Shown: one piece after another, positions 18,108 to 26,902 of the stretch
Layout of the letters: every line of letters begins with the position of its first letter
Position numbering within the stretch: position 1 is the stretch's first letter
IMG/VR virus record: IMGVR_UViG_2843857367_000001
Location: 24,782-88,781 of that record
Reading direction: 5' to 3' (one strand)
Length of the DNA stretch: 64,000 nt
Source of the DNA: a virus
Lineage: Duplodnaviria > Caudoviricetes
Position numbers and translations under genes: made by a program
Notes under the pieces: model-generated
What the model saw: the letters and a program-made list of their open reading frames with translations, nothing else
Told to the model about the DNA's origin: nothing
The model's database searches: none

Positions 18108-18859
18108 CCAAGGTCCGCCCCAACGGGCCGGGCGCCCGCCCGCTCGCTCAGCTCAAGCGTTTCCGCGCGCTTGAAGACATCTTGATGGGCTTTTCTGACG
18201 GTATCGACGGGGCCCGTCTTCAGGCCGGGCTCACATGGGCGAAGATCGGCCGCGCCGATTGGCAGCGTCAGGATCTGATCAGCCTCTTCGCCGCCCCGTG
18301 GGTCGCAGCCCAGGAAGAGGCGGGCTGGGAAGGCAACCCCACCCTCCAGGGCGAAATGGAGCTGGACGAGATCACGGCCGCCGCCCTGCAATTGGATCCC
18401 GTCGAGGACTTCCTCGACCAGGTCCGAGCAGAACTGGCCCACGCTCGCTCCAAATTCCCCGGCGACCGGATCATGACCCTGGCCATGGCCGAGGAGTTCG
18501 GCGAGCTGGTGAAGGCCGTCCTGGACGAACACTCCAGCGCTGTCCGTAAGGAGGCCGTCCAGACCGCCGCCATGGCCGCCCGCGTCGTTCTCGACGGCGA
18601 CGCCTCCGTCGACGACTGGCGCGCCGCCAAGGGTCTGGACCCGCTGACGGGGCGCGCAGGCGCCGTGGCCCCGACGCCCGGCGTCACGCTTCGTCACCAG
18701 GACGGCCGCACTGGCACCTTCGTCAGCGTGGAAGAGGACGGACGATATCGGGTCCGCTCCCTCAAGGGCTCGGGCTTCTGGGTCTTCCATCCCGACGATT
18801 GCCGCCCGGCGGCTTCGGAACTGGCCCCGCCGAAAGGAAGCGAGGCCGCTCATGGCTGA
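18104..18859 (+). CDS. Protein with MazG-like nucleotide pyrophosphohydrolase domain
   Basis: AEEFGELVKAV...RKEAVQTAAMAAR. Confidence 0.65.
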   Translation: MTKVRPNGPGARPLAQLKRFRALEDILMGFSDGIDGARLQAGLTWAKIGRADWQRQDLISLFAAPWVAAQEEAGWEGNPTLQGEMELDEITAAALQLDPVEDFLDQVRAELAHARSKFPGDRIMTLAMAEEFGELVKAVLDEHSSAVRKEAVQTAAMAARVVLDGDASVDDWRAAKGLDPLTGRAGAVAPTPGVTLRHQDGRTGTFVSVEEDGRYRVRSLKGSGFWVFHPDDCRPAASELAPPKGSEAAHG

Positions 18860-19787
18860 CCGCAATCAACATCTGTCTCGTGATGACGAGACACGTCGCG
18901 CCGTCTTCGACCAAGTCGACCTGCAGACCGCCGAGCTGGAAATCGTCGGTTCCATCTACGACGGCTTCGCCGCCGCCATAGTGGTGACGGGGCAGCCCAG
19001 AACCGTCGCCCTCACGCGCGAGTACGGCGACGCCGTTCAGCTCATGGCCCTTATCGAGCGCGGCCGCGCCCCTCTTTTTGCCATTGATTTGGCAGGGGGG
19101 GCGATGCCTTCCAAGACTTTCGTCAAGCCTGCGAGTGTTGGGCCGTCAGACCGCCCAACACTCGCAGGCTTTGTGGATGCGGCAGATGCCCCAGCGGCGG
19201 CGCAGGAAGCTCGCCCCCAAGCCCGCGAGGAAGCGCAGTCGGTGGCTCTGCCGACTGATGAGGGTGGCAGCGTAACCAAGCGCTTCGTCATCTTCACCAC
19301 GCCCGGAGAAGTGCCGGAAAAGAAGGGCGGCTGGCTGAAGGACGAACATCTCATCGACTTCCTTCGCGCAGTCATGCTGCACGACGGCTGGAAGCCCGGA
19401 TTCCGCGCCACGGTGCTGGAACTGACGTGGGACAACGACCTCTGGGCGTCATCGGCCTCCGAGTATCTGGAGATCCACGACGACGCGATTGGCCCGCGTC
19501 GTGCCCGGAAGGCCTGGCAGGCGGCGCGCGACGAGCATGAGCGCATCTACAAGGTCGCCCCCACGATGAAGCTTGGCGACGAGATCGTCAGCTATCGCCG
19601 GATTACCGCCATCGCCACCCCGGAAGCGCGAGAGACTGAGAAGCTGCGCGTGGCGGTCGAGGCGATCCGCGCCGAGATCAACGCGCCTCTCAACGGACCA
19701 ACGCATGGCGCATGGGACCGAGGCCGCATCGCCGGGCTGAAAGAGGCCCTCGGCGTCCTGCAAGCCGAAAAGAAAGGCGGTGCCTGA
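18852..19787 (+). CDS. Hypothetical protein
   Basis: Long coupled ORF. Confidence 0.6.
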   Translation: MADRNQHLSRDDETRRAVFDQVDLQTAELEIVGSIYDGFAAAIVVTGQPRTVALTREYGDAVQLMALIERGRAPLFAIDLAGGAMPSKTFVKPASVGPSDRPTLAGFVDAADAPAAAQEARPQAREEAQSVALPTDEGGSVTKRFVIFTTPGEVPEKKGGWLKDEHLIDFLRAVMLHDGWKPGFRATVLELTWDNDLWASSASEYLEIHDDAIGPRRARKAWQAARDEHERIYKVAPTMKLGDEIVSYRRITAIATPEARETEKLRVAVEAIRAEINAPLNGPTHGAWDRGRIAGLKEALGVLQAEKKGGA

Positions 19788-20044
19788 TGAGTGTTGTTTC
19801 AATCGAAAGCACCGTTTCCTGCGATGGCTGCGGGACGCATTTCAAGGTGAAGCACGATCCGGCCTACAAGCCGCCCGCCGGTTGGTCGCTGTTCGACGTG
19901 GCCGAGGACGCGGTTCGCGGCGGTTACGTCCTCGGCAGCTCTCTCTTCGACGGATCCTGCAGCGTGCAGAATGGGTCGATGCTCTGCATCCCCTGCACAA
20001 GGGCGGCTGACCGCGCCGCTGTCCCCGGGGGGCCTCAGGAATGA
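19787..20044 (+). CDS. Small zinc-finger protein
   Basis: CDGC...CIPC. Confidence 0.6.
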   Translation: MSVVSIESTVSCDGCGTHFKVKHDPAYKPPAGWSLFDVAEDAVRGGYVLGSSLFDGSCSVQNGSMLCIPCTRAADRAAVPGGPQE

Positions 20045-20259
20045 GAATCCTCGAGAAGAAGCGCGGCTATTTTCGCGGCACGCACAAGGGTTGCACGATC
20101 GAGATCGAGCGCGACCGCACGTCAGGCGATGACAGGTGTAAGTTCTACATCACCGTTCAGGGCGCCGACGGCTGCTACCGTTATGACGGCTGGAGCCCTG
20201 AAGGCGTCGACACCATGGCCCAGGCCAAGCGGGAAGCGATCCGGGGGGCATGCCTGTGA
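20041..20259 (+). CDS. Hypothetical protein
   Basis: Coupled ORF. Confidence 0.6.
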   Translation: MRILEKKRGYFRGTHKGCTIEIERDRTSGDDRCKFYITVQGADGCYRYDGWSPEGVDTMAQAKREAIRGACL

Positions 20260-20693
20260 CCCGTTTCGACGGCCTTGACGCCACGGCCGAGCCCCTCTGG
20301 AACCTCTACGAGGTCACCGTCACCGCAGGCGACTACGTGGCGACGTCGACTCTGTCGGCCGCCACCCGATCGCGCGCCGTCTACCAGGCCTTCCTTGGCT
20401 ACAGCGAGGTCTGGACAATCAGCTTCCGCGACTTCCTGTCCATGGTCAGGGTCCGGCGGGTCAGCACCTGCGCCGATGACGGCTATGGCTATGTCCGCCG
20501 CACCTATGGCGTCGATCCGCGTATCGGCGACGAGGTCGAGTTGGTCGATGAAGGCGACTGGACGGGCAAGCGCGGCCAGGTCGTTCACCCCGGCAAGTCG
20601 ACCACGGCCTACGTCCACGTCGTCTTCGAGGGCGTCAGGCACGCCATGCCCTGCCACCCGCGCAGCATCCGCATCATCGAGGCCCAGCCATGA
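20256..20693 (+). CDS. Hypothetical protein with SH3/KOW-like C-terminus
   Basis: RIGDEVELV...GKRGQVV. Confidence 0.55.
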   Translation: MTRFDGLDATAEPLWNLYEVTVTAGDYVATSTLSAATRSRAVYQAFLGYSEVWTISFRDFLSMVRVRRVSTCADDGYGYVRRTYGVDPRIGDEVELVDEGDWTGKRGQVVHPGKSTTAYVHVVFEGVRHAMPCHPRSIRIIEAQP

Positions 20694-21016
20694 CATCCAT
20701 GCCCCCCAGATCGGCGCGCCTCGAAGGGATTCCCCTTCAGCACGACGGCGTCGTCGTCGGCATGGTGCCCGTGCGCGGCGTCGGCTTCCGCGTCGGCCTG
20801 CAGGGCGCAGGACAGGCGCTGATCATGAGCCCCGCCAAGGCCCGCCGTATGGCCCCCGCCTGGCGCAGTCCTGAAGCCAAGGCGGCCGGGCTCGACTGGA
20901 TCGCCGACGCGCTCGAGGAGGCCGCAAACGATATCGACGCCATGCCGGCCGCTGAACAGATCCAGAGGGCCAACGAGATGTGGGCCGCAATCTCAGCGAC
21001 GGGGTCGCAGCACTAG
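20690..21016 (+). CDS. Hypothetical protein
   Basis: ATGA coupling. Confidence 0.55.
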   Translation: MTSMPPRSARLEGIPLQHDGVVVGMVPVRGVGFRVGLQGAGQALIMSPAKARRMAPAWRSPEAKAAGLDWIADALEEAANDIDAMPAAEQIQRANEMWAAISATGSQH

Positions 21017-21017
21017 T

Positions 21018-21189
21018 CATGGCCCCCGCTCCTCGCCGCGTCAGCGAAGCGATCGAGCCTCCCTCTGGCGGGCTCGATCCCGCCCTGCTGCGCATCATTC
21101 AAGCCATGGCCCGTGCGGATGCGCGCCGCGACTTCCAGGCCGCCAGCGTCGCCCCCTTGCCGACCGACAGGCTCGCGAGTCACGATTAG
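21018..21189 (+). CDS. Small protein, candidate recombination directionality factor
   Basis: LLRIIQAMARADARRD helix upstream of the serine integrase. Confidence 0.45.
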
Positions 21190-21593
21190 CGCCACGGCCA
21201 CGGCGCCGATCGCCGCCGCCACAATGGCCAGGGCGATCAACCCGACGCCGTTCGAGACTTCAAGATCGAGGGTGTGATGCAGTTTCACGACGACAGTTCC
21301 TCAGCGATGACGCCGCCGGTCTCGACCCGTTCGAGTTCCGGCAACGCGCTGATCGTCACCTCGCCTTCAAGGGGGGCGGACGCTCAACGCACGCTCAGCC
21401 TGTCGTCACGACATGGATTCCAACAATGCACCGTCTTTGTGTGGGCCGCACCGCACAACAGTCCAAGCGCCCAGACTATGCGATCCTTTGGTAGCCGTAG
21501 AGTAACCGTCCTTATGGTCAGGTCCGCCCCACACCATAAGACGGCAGAAGGGACTCATCTCGCTGAACGCGCCCTTCGGGGGGGCGGACGGCC

Positions 21594-23222
21594 ATGACGC
21601 GCGTCGCCCTCTACGCCCGCTACAGCTCCGAACGCCAGAACGAGCGCTCGATCTCCGATCAGCTGAACGTCCTGATCCAGCACGCGGCAGGCAAGTGCTG
21701 GGCCGTCGTCGGCACCTATACCGACGCCGCCATATCCGGCTCGGCCATGGCGAACCGCCCCGGCCTCCTGGCCGCCCTTGCTGCGGCCGATCGCGGAGAG
21801 TTCGACCTGCTGCTGGCCGAGGATGAAGACCGCCTGGCCCGCAACCTTGAGCACCTGGCGCACGTGGCCAACCGCCTGGCCGACATCGGCGCCGGCATCG
21901 CCACCCTATCCACCGACCGCGTCCAGGACATGCACGTCGCGTTCAAAGGCCTCATCGCCCAGGACTTCATCCGCAACCTCAGCCTGAAGACCAAACGGGG
22001 CATGGCCTCCAACGCCGAAAAGGGCCTCGCCACCGGCTCGCGCCTCTACGGCTATCGCTCGCAGCCGGGCGGCGCTGTCGAGATCGTCCCTGAACAGGCC
22101 GAGGTCATCAGGCGCATCTTCGCCATGTACGTGCATGATCGCCTGTCGTCGCGGGAGATCGCCGAGCGCCTGAACCGTGACAAGATCCCCTCCCCGGCCG
22201 GCCGGGAGTGGAACGCCTCGTCGATCCAGGGCTCGCGTCAGCGCGCCAACGGCATTCTGCACAGCGAGATCTACGCCGGCGTGAAGGTCTACAACCGCGT
22301 CGAGATGCGGAAAGACCGCCAGACCGGCCGTAAGATCACGATCTGCAATCCTCCCAGCGAGCACAAGCGCGTCGACGTCCCCCACCTGGCCATCATCGAC
22401 CGGGATATATGGAATGCTGCTCGGCAGCGTCTGGACAGTCGACAGACTGCGGACCCGTCGCAGCGGGCGAGCCTCCGCCGGCGACCGGGCCTGCTGTCCG
22501 GCCTGACCAAGTGCGGCTGCTGCGGAGCCTCCTACACGTCGCTCAGCCAGGGCCGCCTGGTCTGCGCCGCCTATCGCGAGAAGGGCGCGTCCGCCTGTGA
22601 CAACAACCGCCATGTGAGCCGCGCCGAGATCGAGCAGCGCGTGCTGGAAGGCCTTCGCACGCGGCTTCTGGCTCCTGAGGCCGTCGCCGCCTATGTCCGC
22701 GCATATCACGCCGCCTGGGCGGAACAGGCCAGCCAGGCCGAAGACCGACGCCGCCCGCTCACTCGACGGCTGGCCGAGGTTGAGCGCGCGATCGAGCGCG
22801 GGGCCGAAGCCCTGCTGTCCGGCGCGACGGCGGCCGCCGTCATCGGCAAGAAGCTGGAAGCCCTTGAGATCGAACAGGCCCAGATCAAGGCGACCCTTGA
22901 ACAACTGGACTCCGAAGACGCGCCGCCCGTGCAGCTCCACCCTCGCGCAGCCGAGAACTACGCCCGCAAGATCGAGCAGCTCCAATCGCGCCTGGCCGAG
23001 GCGGCCGACAGCACCGAGGGCGCGGACAGAGACCTGATCGCCAGCGTCAGGGACCTGATCCAGAGGGTCGACATCGAACCGGTCAACAAATCGAGAGGAG
23101 CGCCGGTGCGGGTCACCTTGCACGGTGACCTCGCCCGGTTCGTTCTCCCGCAACACCCACCAGCTAGTGGGTGTGCGTTGGTGGTTGGAGGCGGGATCGA
23201 ACCGCCGACCTGTGGGTTATGA
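21594..23222 (+). CDS. Large serine recombinase (integrase of prophage 1)
   Basis: YARYSS catalytic motif, DRLAR, YGY, LLSGLTKCGCCG zinc ribbon. Confidence 0.95.
   Translation: MTRVALYARYSSERQNERSISDQLNVLIQHAAGKCWAVVGTYTDAAISGSAMANRPGLLAALAAADRGEFDLLLAEDEDRLARNLEHLAHVANRLADIGAGIATLSTDRVQDMHVAFKGLIAQDFIRNLSLKTKRGMASNAEKGLATGSRLYGYRSQPGGAVEIVPEQAEVIRRIFAMYVHDRLSSREIAERLNRDKIPSPAGREWNASSIQGSRQRANGILHSEIYAGVKVYNRVEMRKDRQTGRKITICNPPSEHKRVDVPHLAIIDRDIWNAARQRLDSRQTADPSQRASLRRRPGLLSGLTKCGCCGASYTSLSQGRLVCAAYREKGASACDNNRHVSRAEIEQRVLEGLRTRLLAPEAVAAYVRAYHAAWAEQASQAEDRRRPLTRRLAEVERAIERGAEALLSGATAAAVIGKKLEALEIEQAQIKATLEQLDSEDAPPVQLHPRAAENYARKIEQLQSRLAEAADSTEGADRDLIASVRDLIQRVDIEPVNKSRGAPVRVTLHGDLARFVLPQHPPASGCALVVGGGIEPPTCGL
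23179..23222 (-). tRNA. 3' half of tRNA-Met(CAT); att-site remnant, not a full gene
   Basis: Reverse complement TCATAACCCACAGGTCGGCGGTTCGATCCCGCCTCCAACCACCA: anticodon, T-arm and CCA; 5' half absent. Confidence 0.85.
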
Positions 23223-24395
23223 AGCCGCCGTCCTGCCACCCTTAGACGGTTGTTCTACCTCGTCTTTATCGCATCTCTCGGTGGTTGCTCCGGGACTATT
23301 CCGGGAGAGCGCCGCAAGCCCCGCCTTCACGTCGTCCTCGATCGCATGGGCGTAAACCATCGTCGACTTGATGTCGGCATGGCCCAGGAGGCGCTGGGCC
23401 AGACGCAGGTTGCCGGTCTCCCGCAGGATCTGCATGCCGCTGTGGTGGCGCAGGTCATGGATGCCTCGCAGGCCCTTGGCGTCCTTCAGTCCAGATCGCT
23501 TCATCGCCCGCCGCATGGCGATAGCGGCGCCAGAAGGCTTCAGCGCCTTGAGGATGACCTTGCCGGCAGGCCCTGGTAGGCGCCGCTCGCGATACCAGAC
23601 CGTCTCCAGCCTCGCGGCCCGCGCCCGGCCGAGGCGCGCAGAAAGCATGGCCGCATCCTCGGGCAGCAGAGGGATAACGTGGTCGTCGCCGCCCTTTCGG
23701 TCCCGGAGGCGGACGCGGGCGTTGTTGATGTCAGCCACGTCGAGGTCGTCGAGCGAGAAGAACAGCTCCGACAGGCGGCAACCGTAGCGGGCGGCGAACC
23801 TGATCAGGTCGTGCCAATGCGGCAGGACCTCGGCCTCGACCCGCTCCAGCTCATCCCCGACAAGCTCCTTGGGCCGAGGCTTCGGCTCCTTCAGCCGCAG
23901 GGCCTCCCAGTCGATCTCGGGCAGCCTGGCGCCCCATGCCTTCCGTGCGCGGTTCAAGATCGGCCGGAGAGTGTCGATCATGTCCCGGTTCACCGTCGAG
24001 TTGGACGGCAGGTATTCCTTCGCGCCCTTGGCCTTCGACTTGACGATGCCCTGGCCGCGGCGGCGCTCAATGGCCGTGGCGATGTGGTTGGTGGTGATGT
24101 CGCAGATGCGCGTCCCTGCCCCCACGACGGCCATCATGCGCTCGATCCGGGCTTCCAGACGGGCGCCGCCCTTCAGCGTCGTGCCGCGCTCGGCCCACCA
24201 ACGGCCGGCAGCCTCGTCCAGCGTCATCTGAGACGCGTCGTCCAGTTCGCCGGTCGCGGCCTTGGTGCGAATGCGTCGCTCGACTTCCTCGGCCTTGCGC
24301 TTCGTCTCCACGCCCGTCGAGCCGTGGTAGCGTCTGCCCTTGTACTGGAAGTCGTAGGCCCAGTACCGGCTGTTCTTCGGCAGATAGACGGACAT
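23217..24395 (-). CDS. Tyrosine integrase
   Basis: YGCRLSE, RK, HDLRH, LLGHADIKSTMVYAH. Confidence 0.95.
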   Translation of the reverse strand: MSVYLPKNSRYWAYDFQYKGRRYHGSTGVETKRKAEEVERRIRTKAATGELDDASQMTLDEAAGRWWAERGTTLKGGARLEARIERMMAVVGAGTRICDITTNHIATAIERRRGQGIVKSKAKGAKEYLPSNSTVNRDMIDTLRPILNRARKAWGARLPEIDWEALRLKEPKPRPKELVGDELERVEAEVLPHWHDLIRFAARYGCRLSELFFSLDDLDVADINNARVRLRDRKGGDDHVIPLLPEDAAMLSARLGRARAARLETVWYRERRLPGPAGKVILKALKPSGAAIAMRRAMKRSGLKDAKGLRGIHDLRHHSGMQILRETGNLRLAQRLLGHADIKSTMVYAHAIEDDVKAGLAALSRNSPGATTERCDKDEVEQPSKGGRTAAS

Positions 24396-24688
24396 CAGGG
24401 GTCGACGTGATAGACGCGCGCATGGGGTATGCCTGGAGGGCAAACCTTGTCCTCAATCCTGTAGATCGCCTCGCGCAGCGGCTGAACGGGATCGGTGGCG
24501 CTCAGGATCTGGGCCAGCGGAACGACTTCCTCTTCCAGCTTCTCGTCATCTGCGCCGATGGGCGGGAAGCCGCCTTTGATGATCACCGCTTCTGCGGTTT
24601 GCCGGATAGGCCTGAAGGCTACGGCTGAATTCTTCATCTGGATCTCAGCGTCGTAGATCGCGCCCTTGATAAGATGGTCGTCAGTCAT
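24395..24688 (-). CDS. Hypothetical protein
   Basis: TGATG-coupled to the integrase. Confidence 0.55.
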   Translation of the reverse strand: MTDDHLIKGAIYDAEIQMKNSAVAFRPIRQTAEAVIIKGGFPPIGADDEKLEEEVVPLAQILSATDPVQPLREAIYRIEDKVCPPGIPHARVYHVDP

Positions 24689-24701
24689 TTCGTTCAAATT
24701 C

Positions 24702-25028
24702 CTAGCGCCCGGCTGTCTTCTTGCGCTGGCTGAACGGCACGACCTTGGATTGGACGTGGACCGTCGGCCTCGGCTTCTCCTCGCGGACCGGGGTGTCAAC
24801 CTGCGTCAGATAACAGCGTATGTCACCCTCGGTGTAGGCACGACGTGCGCCTCTGCGGACAGCGCGGATCACGCCCTCGTCCGTCAGCTCGCGCAGGGTT
24901 CCAGCGTCCATGCCCAGCAGTTTGGCTGCCGCCTGGGCGGTGATGATGCAGGCGTCTGCGAAGGCCATCTGGATGCGGCGCTCGGTTGCCGGACCGATGG
25001 TGGGGATCGGATCGTTGGCCGGCATCAT
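24702..25028 (-). CDS. Excisionase-like MerR-type HTH protein
   Basis: ITAQAAAKLLGMDAGTLREL...RRAYTEGDI. Confidence 0.75.
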   Translation of the reverse strand: MMPANDPIPTIGPATERRIQMAFADACIITAQAAAKLLGMDAGTLRELTDEGVIRAVRRGARRAYTEGDIRCYLTQVDTPVREEKPRPTVHVQSKVVPFSQRKKTAGR

Positions 25029-25429
25029 GGCTGCGGCCTCCGATCCGCGAGGTTGATCACTTGGCCGCGCACAGGCCGGAAGGGTCCTGCCTTCTCGCGC
25101 TCCCACATTTCCCAGAGCGCTTCGGCAGTCCTCGGAAAATCGACTTCGTTGTCGTGTTCGTCTGTCACTCGGCCGAAACCGACCCAGTGAAGGGCCAGCG
25201 ACAAGTCATCCTCGCCGGGGGAGTCTGAAGGCCACGGGCCGTCGTCATCCTCCCGCACGCGGCATAGCTCCCCGAGCAAGCACTCGAGTTCATGGGCGAG
25301 CGGATTGCAGCCTAGATCGAAGCCTTCAAATCCGGCGTTCACCGCCGCCTGCTCGGTGGCGTCTCTCGCCGCTTGGGCCGCCTTCAGAGCGTTGAAGCAC
25401 CGGATGAACTGCTCGCGGGTAATGTTCAT
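25025..25429 (-). CDS. Hypothetical protein
   Basis: Coupled ORF. Confidence 0.6.
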   Translation of the reverse strand: MNITREQFIRCFNALKAAQAARDATEQAAVNAGFEGFDLGCNPLAHELECLLGELCRVREDDDGPWPSDSPGEDDLSLALHWVGFGRVTDEHDNEVDFPRTAEALWEMWEREKAGPFRPVRGQVINLADRRPQP

Positions 25430-25758
25430 CGTGCAGGCTCCATCAGATCGACGAGTTCAAACACCTGACCCACGAAGGCAGCGGGGAAGGTCGCTTCGAA
25501 CATTTGTCGGATGATCTCGCGAGCTATCGGCCTCTGGCTTGACCGCCACGGCCCGTTGAAGCGTGGGTCCTCCAAGGTCTCGTGCACGAGGCGAGCAGCC
25601 ATATCGACAGCCTGATGCTCTGCTCTCGTGCCGATCATGGCGCGCAACATCATGACATCGCCCATGGCTGAGAACCGGGCAGCATAACCTTTCTTTAGAG
25701 TACGCAGACGGTGGTGCAGCCATGCCCTCTGAATGCAGGCGACGATGTAATTTATCAT
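25426..25758 (-). CDS. Hypothetical protein
   Basis: GGAGG RBS and coupling. Confidence 0.55.
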   Translation of the reverse strand: MINYIVACIQRAWLHHRLRTLKKGYAARFSAMGDVMMLRAMIGTRAEHQAVDMAARLVHETLEDPRFNGPWRSSQRPIAREIIRQMFEATFPAAFVGQVFELVDLMEPAR

Positions 25759-25967
25759 TGCTGCCTCCAAAGAACTTCGCCAGTCAGCCCGTCTTCGATC
25801 TTCAGCGTTCCGGGATTGGACTCGGCATGGGCGTTAAGATCGTCATCGGCGGGAAGCTCGATCAGGTAGAACGTCGGCTCGCCATTCGTCAGGCGATAGA
25901 AGATCCGCGGCACCCATTGATCGCGAGGCGGCAGGGGCTTGCCGGTGGCGTAGGTCTGGCCGGTCAT
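25755..25967 (-). CDS. Hypothetical protein
   Basis: MTGQTYATGK start; coupling. Confidence 0.55.
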   Translation of the reverse strand: MTGQTYATGKPLPPRDQWVPRIFYRLTNGEPTFYLIELPADDDLNAHAESNPGTLKIEDGLTGEVLWRQQ

Positions 25968-26092
25968 CGGTTCGCATCCTTCTGAGGCTCGGCAGATCGG
26001 ATCATCGTGCCGCACCGATGGCAGGCGCCGTAGATCGAGCCGAAGCGTATGGGCGGGTGGCCGAACAGACGGCAGAGGAGGCGACGGATCAT
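25964..26092 (-). CDS. Small zinc-binding phage protein (DUF1660-like)
   Basis: Manual ORF MIRRLLCRLFGH...CHRCG. Confidence 0.55.
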   Translation of the reverse strand: MIRRLLCRLFGHPPIRFGSIYGACHRCGTMIRSAEPQKDANR

Positions 26093-26262
26093 CGCGGGCT
26101 CCTCCGCTCGGCCAACATTCCGAAGGCAATCCCCACGCCTATAGAGGTCAGGAAGACGCCGGTTCGAGCGCCGGGGTCATCGGTGAGGGCCAAGACGATC
26201 CGGCCCAGGCCAGCACAGACAAGCCAGGCCCCGATGGTGGGCAAAACCCAACGGAAGATCAT
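26089..26262 (-). CDS. Small two-TM protein
   Basis: Manual ORF MIFRWVLPTIGAWLVCAG...; coupled at both ends. Confidence 0.5.
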   Translation of the reverse strand: MIFRWVLPTIGAWLVCAGLGRIVLALTDDPGARTGVFLTSIGVGIAFGMLAERRSPR

Positions 26263-26558
26263 GCCGACCTCCTCCCATGGGGCTGCCTCTCCAGCAGGTC
26301 GAGAAGCTGTCCGGCGTTCTGAATGGACTCCCGGTCGTCGTCGCTCAGATCGACCGAGGTCAGGTCACTCGCCGCATCAATGAAGGCCATCCGCTTCGCG
26401 TCGTCCGGGATCCAGTCAACCATGAGGGTCGAGTCAGGCGGGAACCCCATAAAGCCGACACTCAGCCCGCGCCTCCAGGCGATCAGGCCGCCGCTGTCGT
26501 CGCGGTAGATGTTCGTGACGTCAGGAATGCAGAGATCAGAGAGAATGCCGTCGGTCAT
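26259..26558 (-). CDS. Acidic hypothetical protein
   Basis: ATGA coupling. Confidence 0.55.
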   Translation of the reverse strand: MTDGILSDLCIPDVTNIYRDDSGGLIAWRRGLSVGFMGFPPDSTLMVDWIPDDAKRMAFIDAASDLTSVDLSDDDRESIQNAGQLLDLLERQPHGRRSA

Positions 26559-26902
26559 GCGCCAGCCCTCGCCAGTTCATGCAATCCGACCTTCATGCGG
26601 ACCTCGGCCACGACCTTGGCGCGCACGGCGCCGTCGAACTCTTCGAGGTCGATGACGTGGCGCGAGTAGGCGGGGTTGTCGTGCCAGATTTTCACTTCGC
26701 GGAAAGGCGCGACAGGGATGCGCTCGGCCCGGTAGGGCGTCCCGCCTTCCCCTGTGAAGTCGAGGATGTAGACGCCCTCGCCGTCGTAGCGCGCGGCGGA
26801 CTGAACCATCAGGAAGTCACCGGTGCGCAGCGTTGGCTGCATCACGTCGCCGCGGATTTGAAACGGGCGGATGGCGGGGTGTTGAAAGACGGCAGGGGTC
26901 AT
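26555..26902 (-). CDS. Standalone S24/LexA C-terminal-like domain, catalytic residues absent
   Basis: IRGDVMQPTLRTGD, DGEGVYI, DNPAY. Confidence 0.75.
   Translation of the reverse strand: MTPAVFQHPAIRPFQIRGDVMQPTLRTGDFLMVQSAARYDGEGVYILDFTGEGGTPYRAERIPVAPFREVKIWHDNPAYSRHVIDLEEFDGAVRAKVVAEVRMKVGLHELARAGA

Larger units (their letters stand above)
1..23222. mobile_element. Prophage 1 (lambda-like head module, serine integrase); partial, runs off the left edge
   Basis: Contiguous portal, gpW, terminase, replication, Cro/CI, early genes and serine recombinase, ending at a tRNA fragment. Confidence 0.9.
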
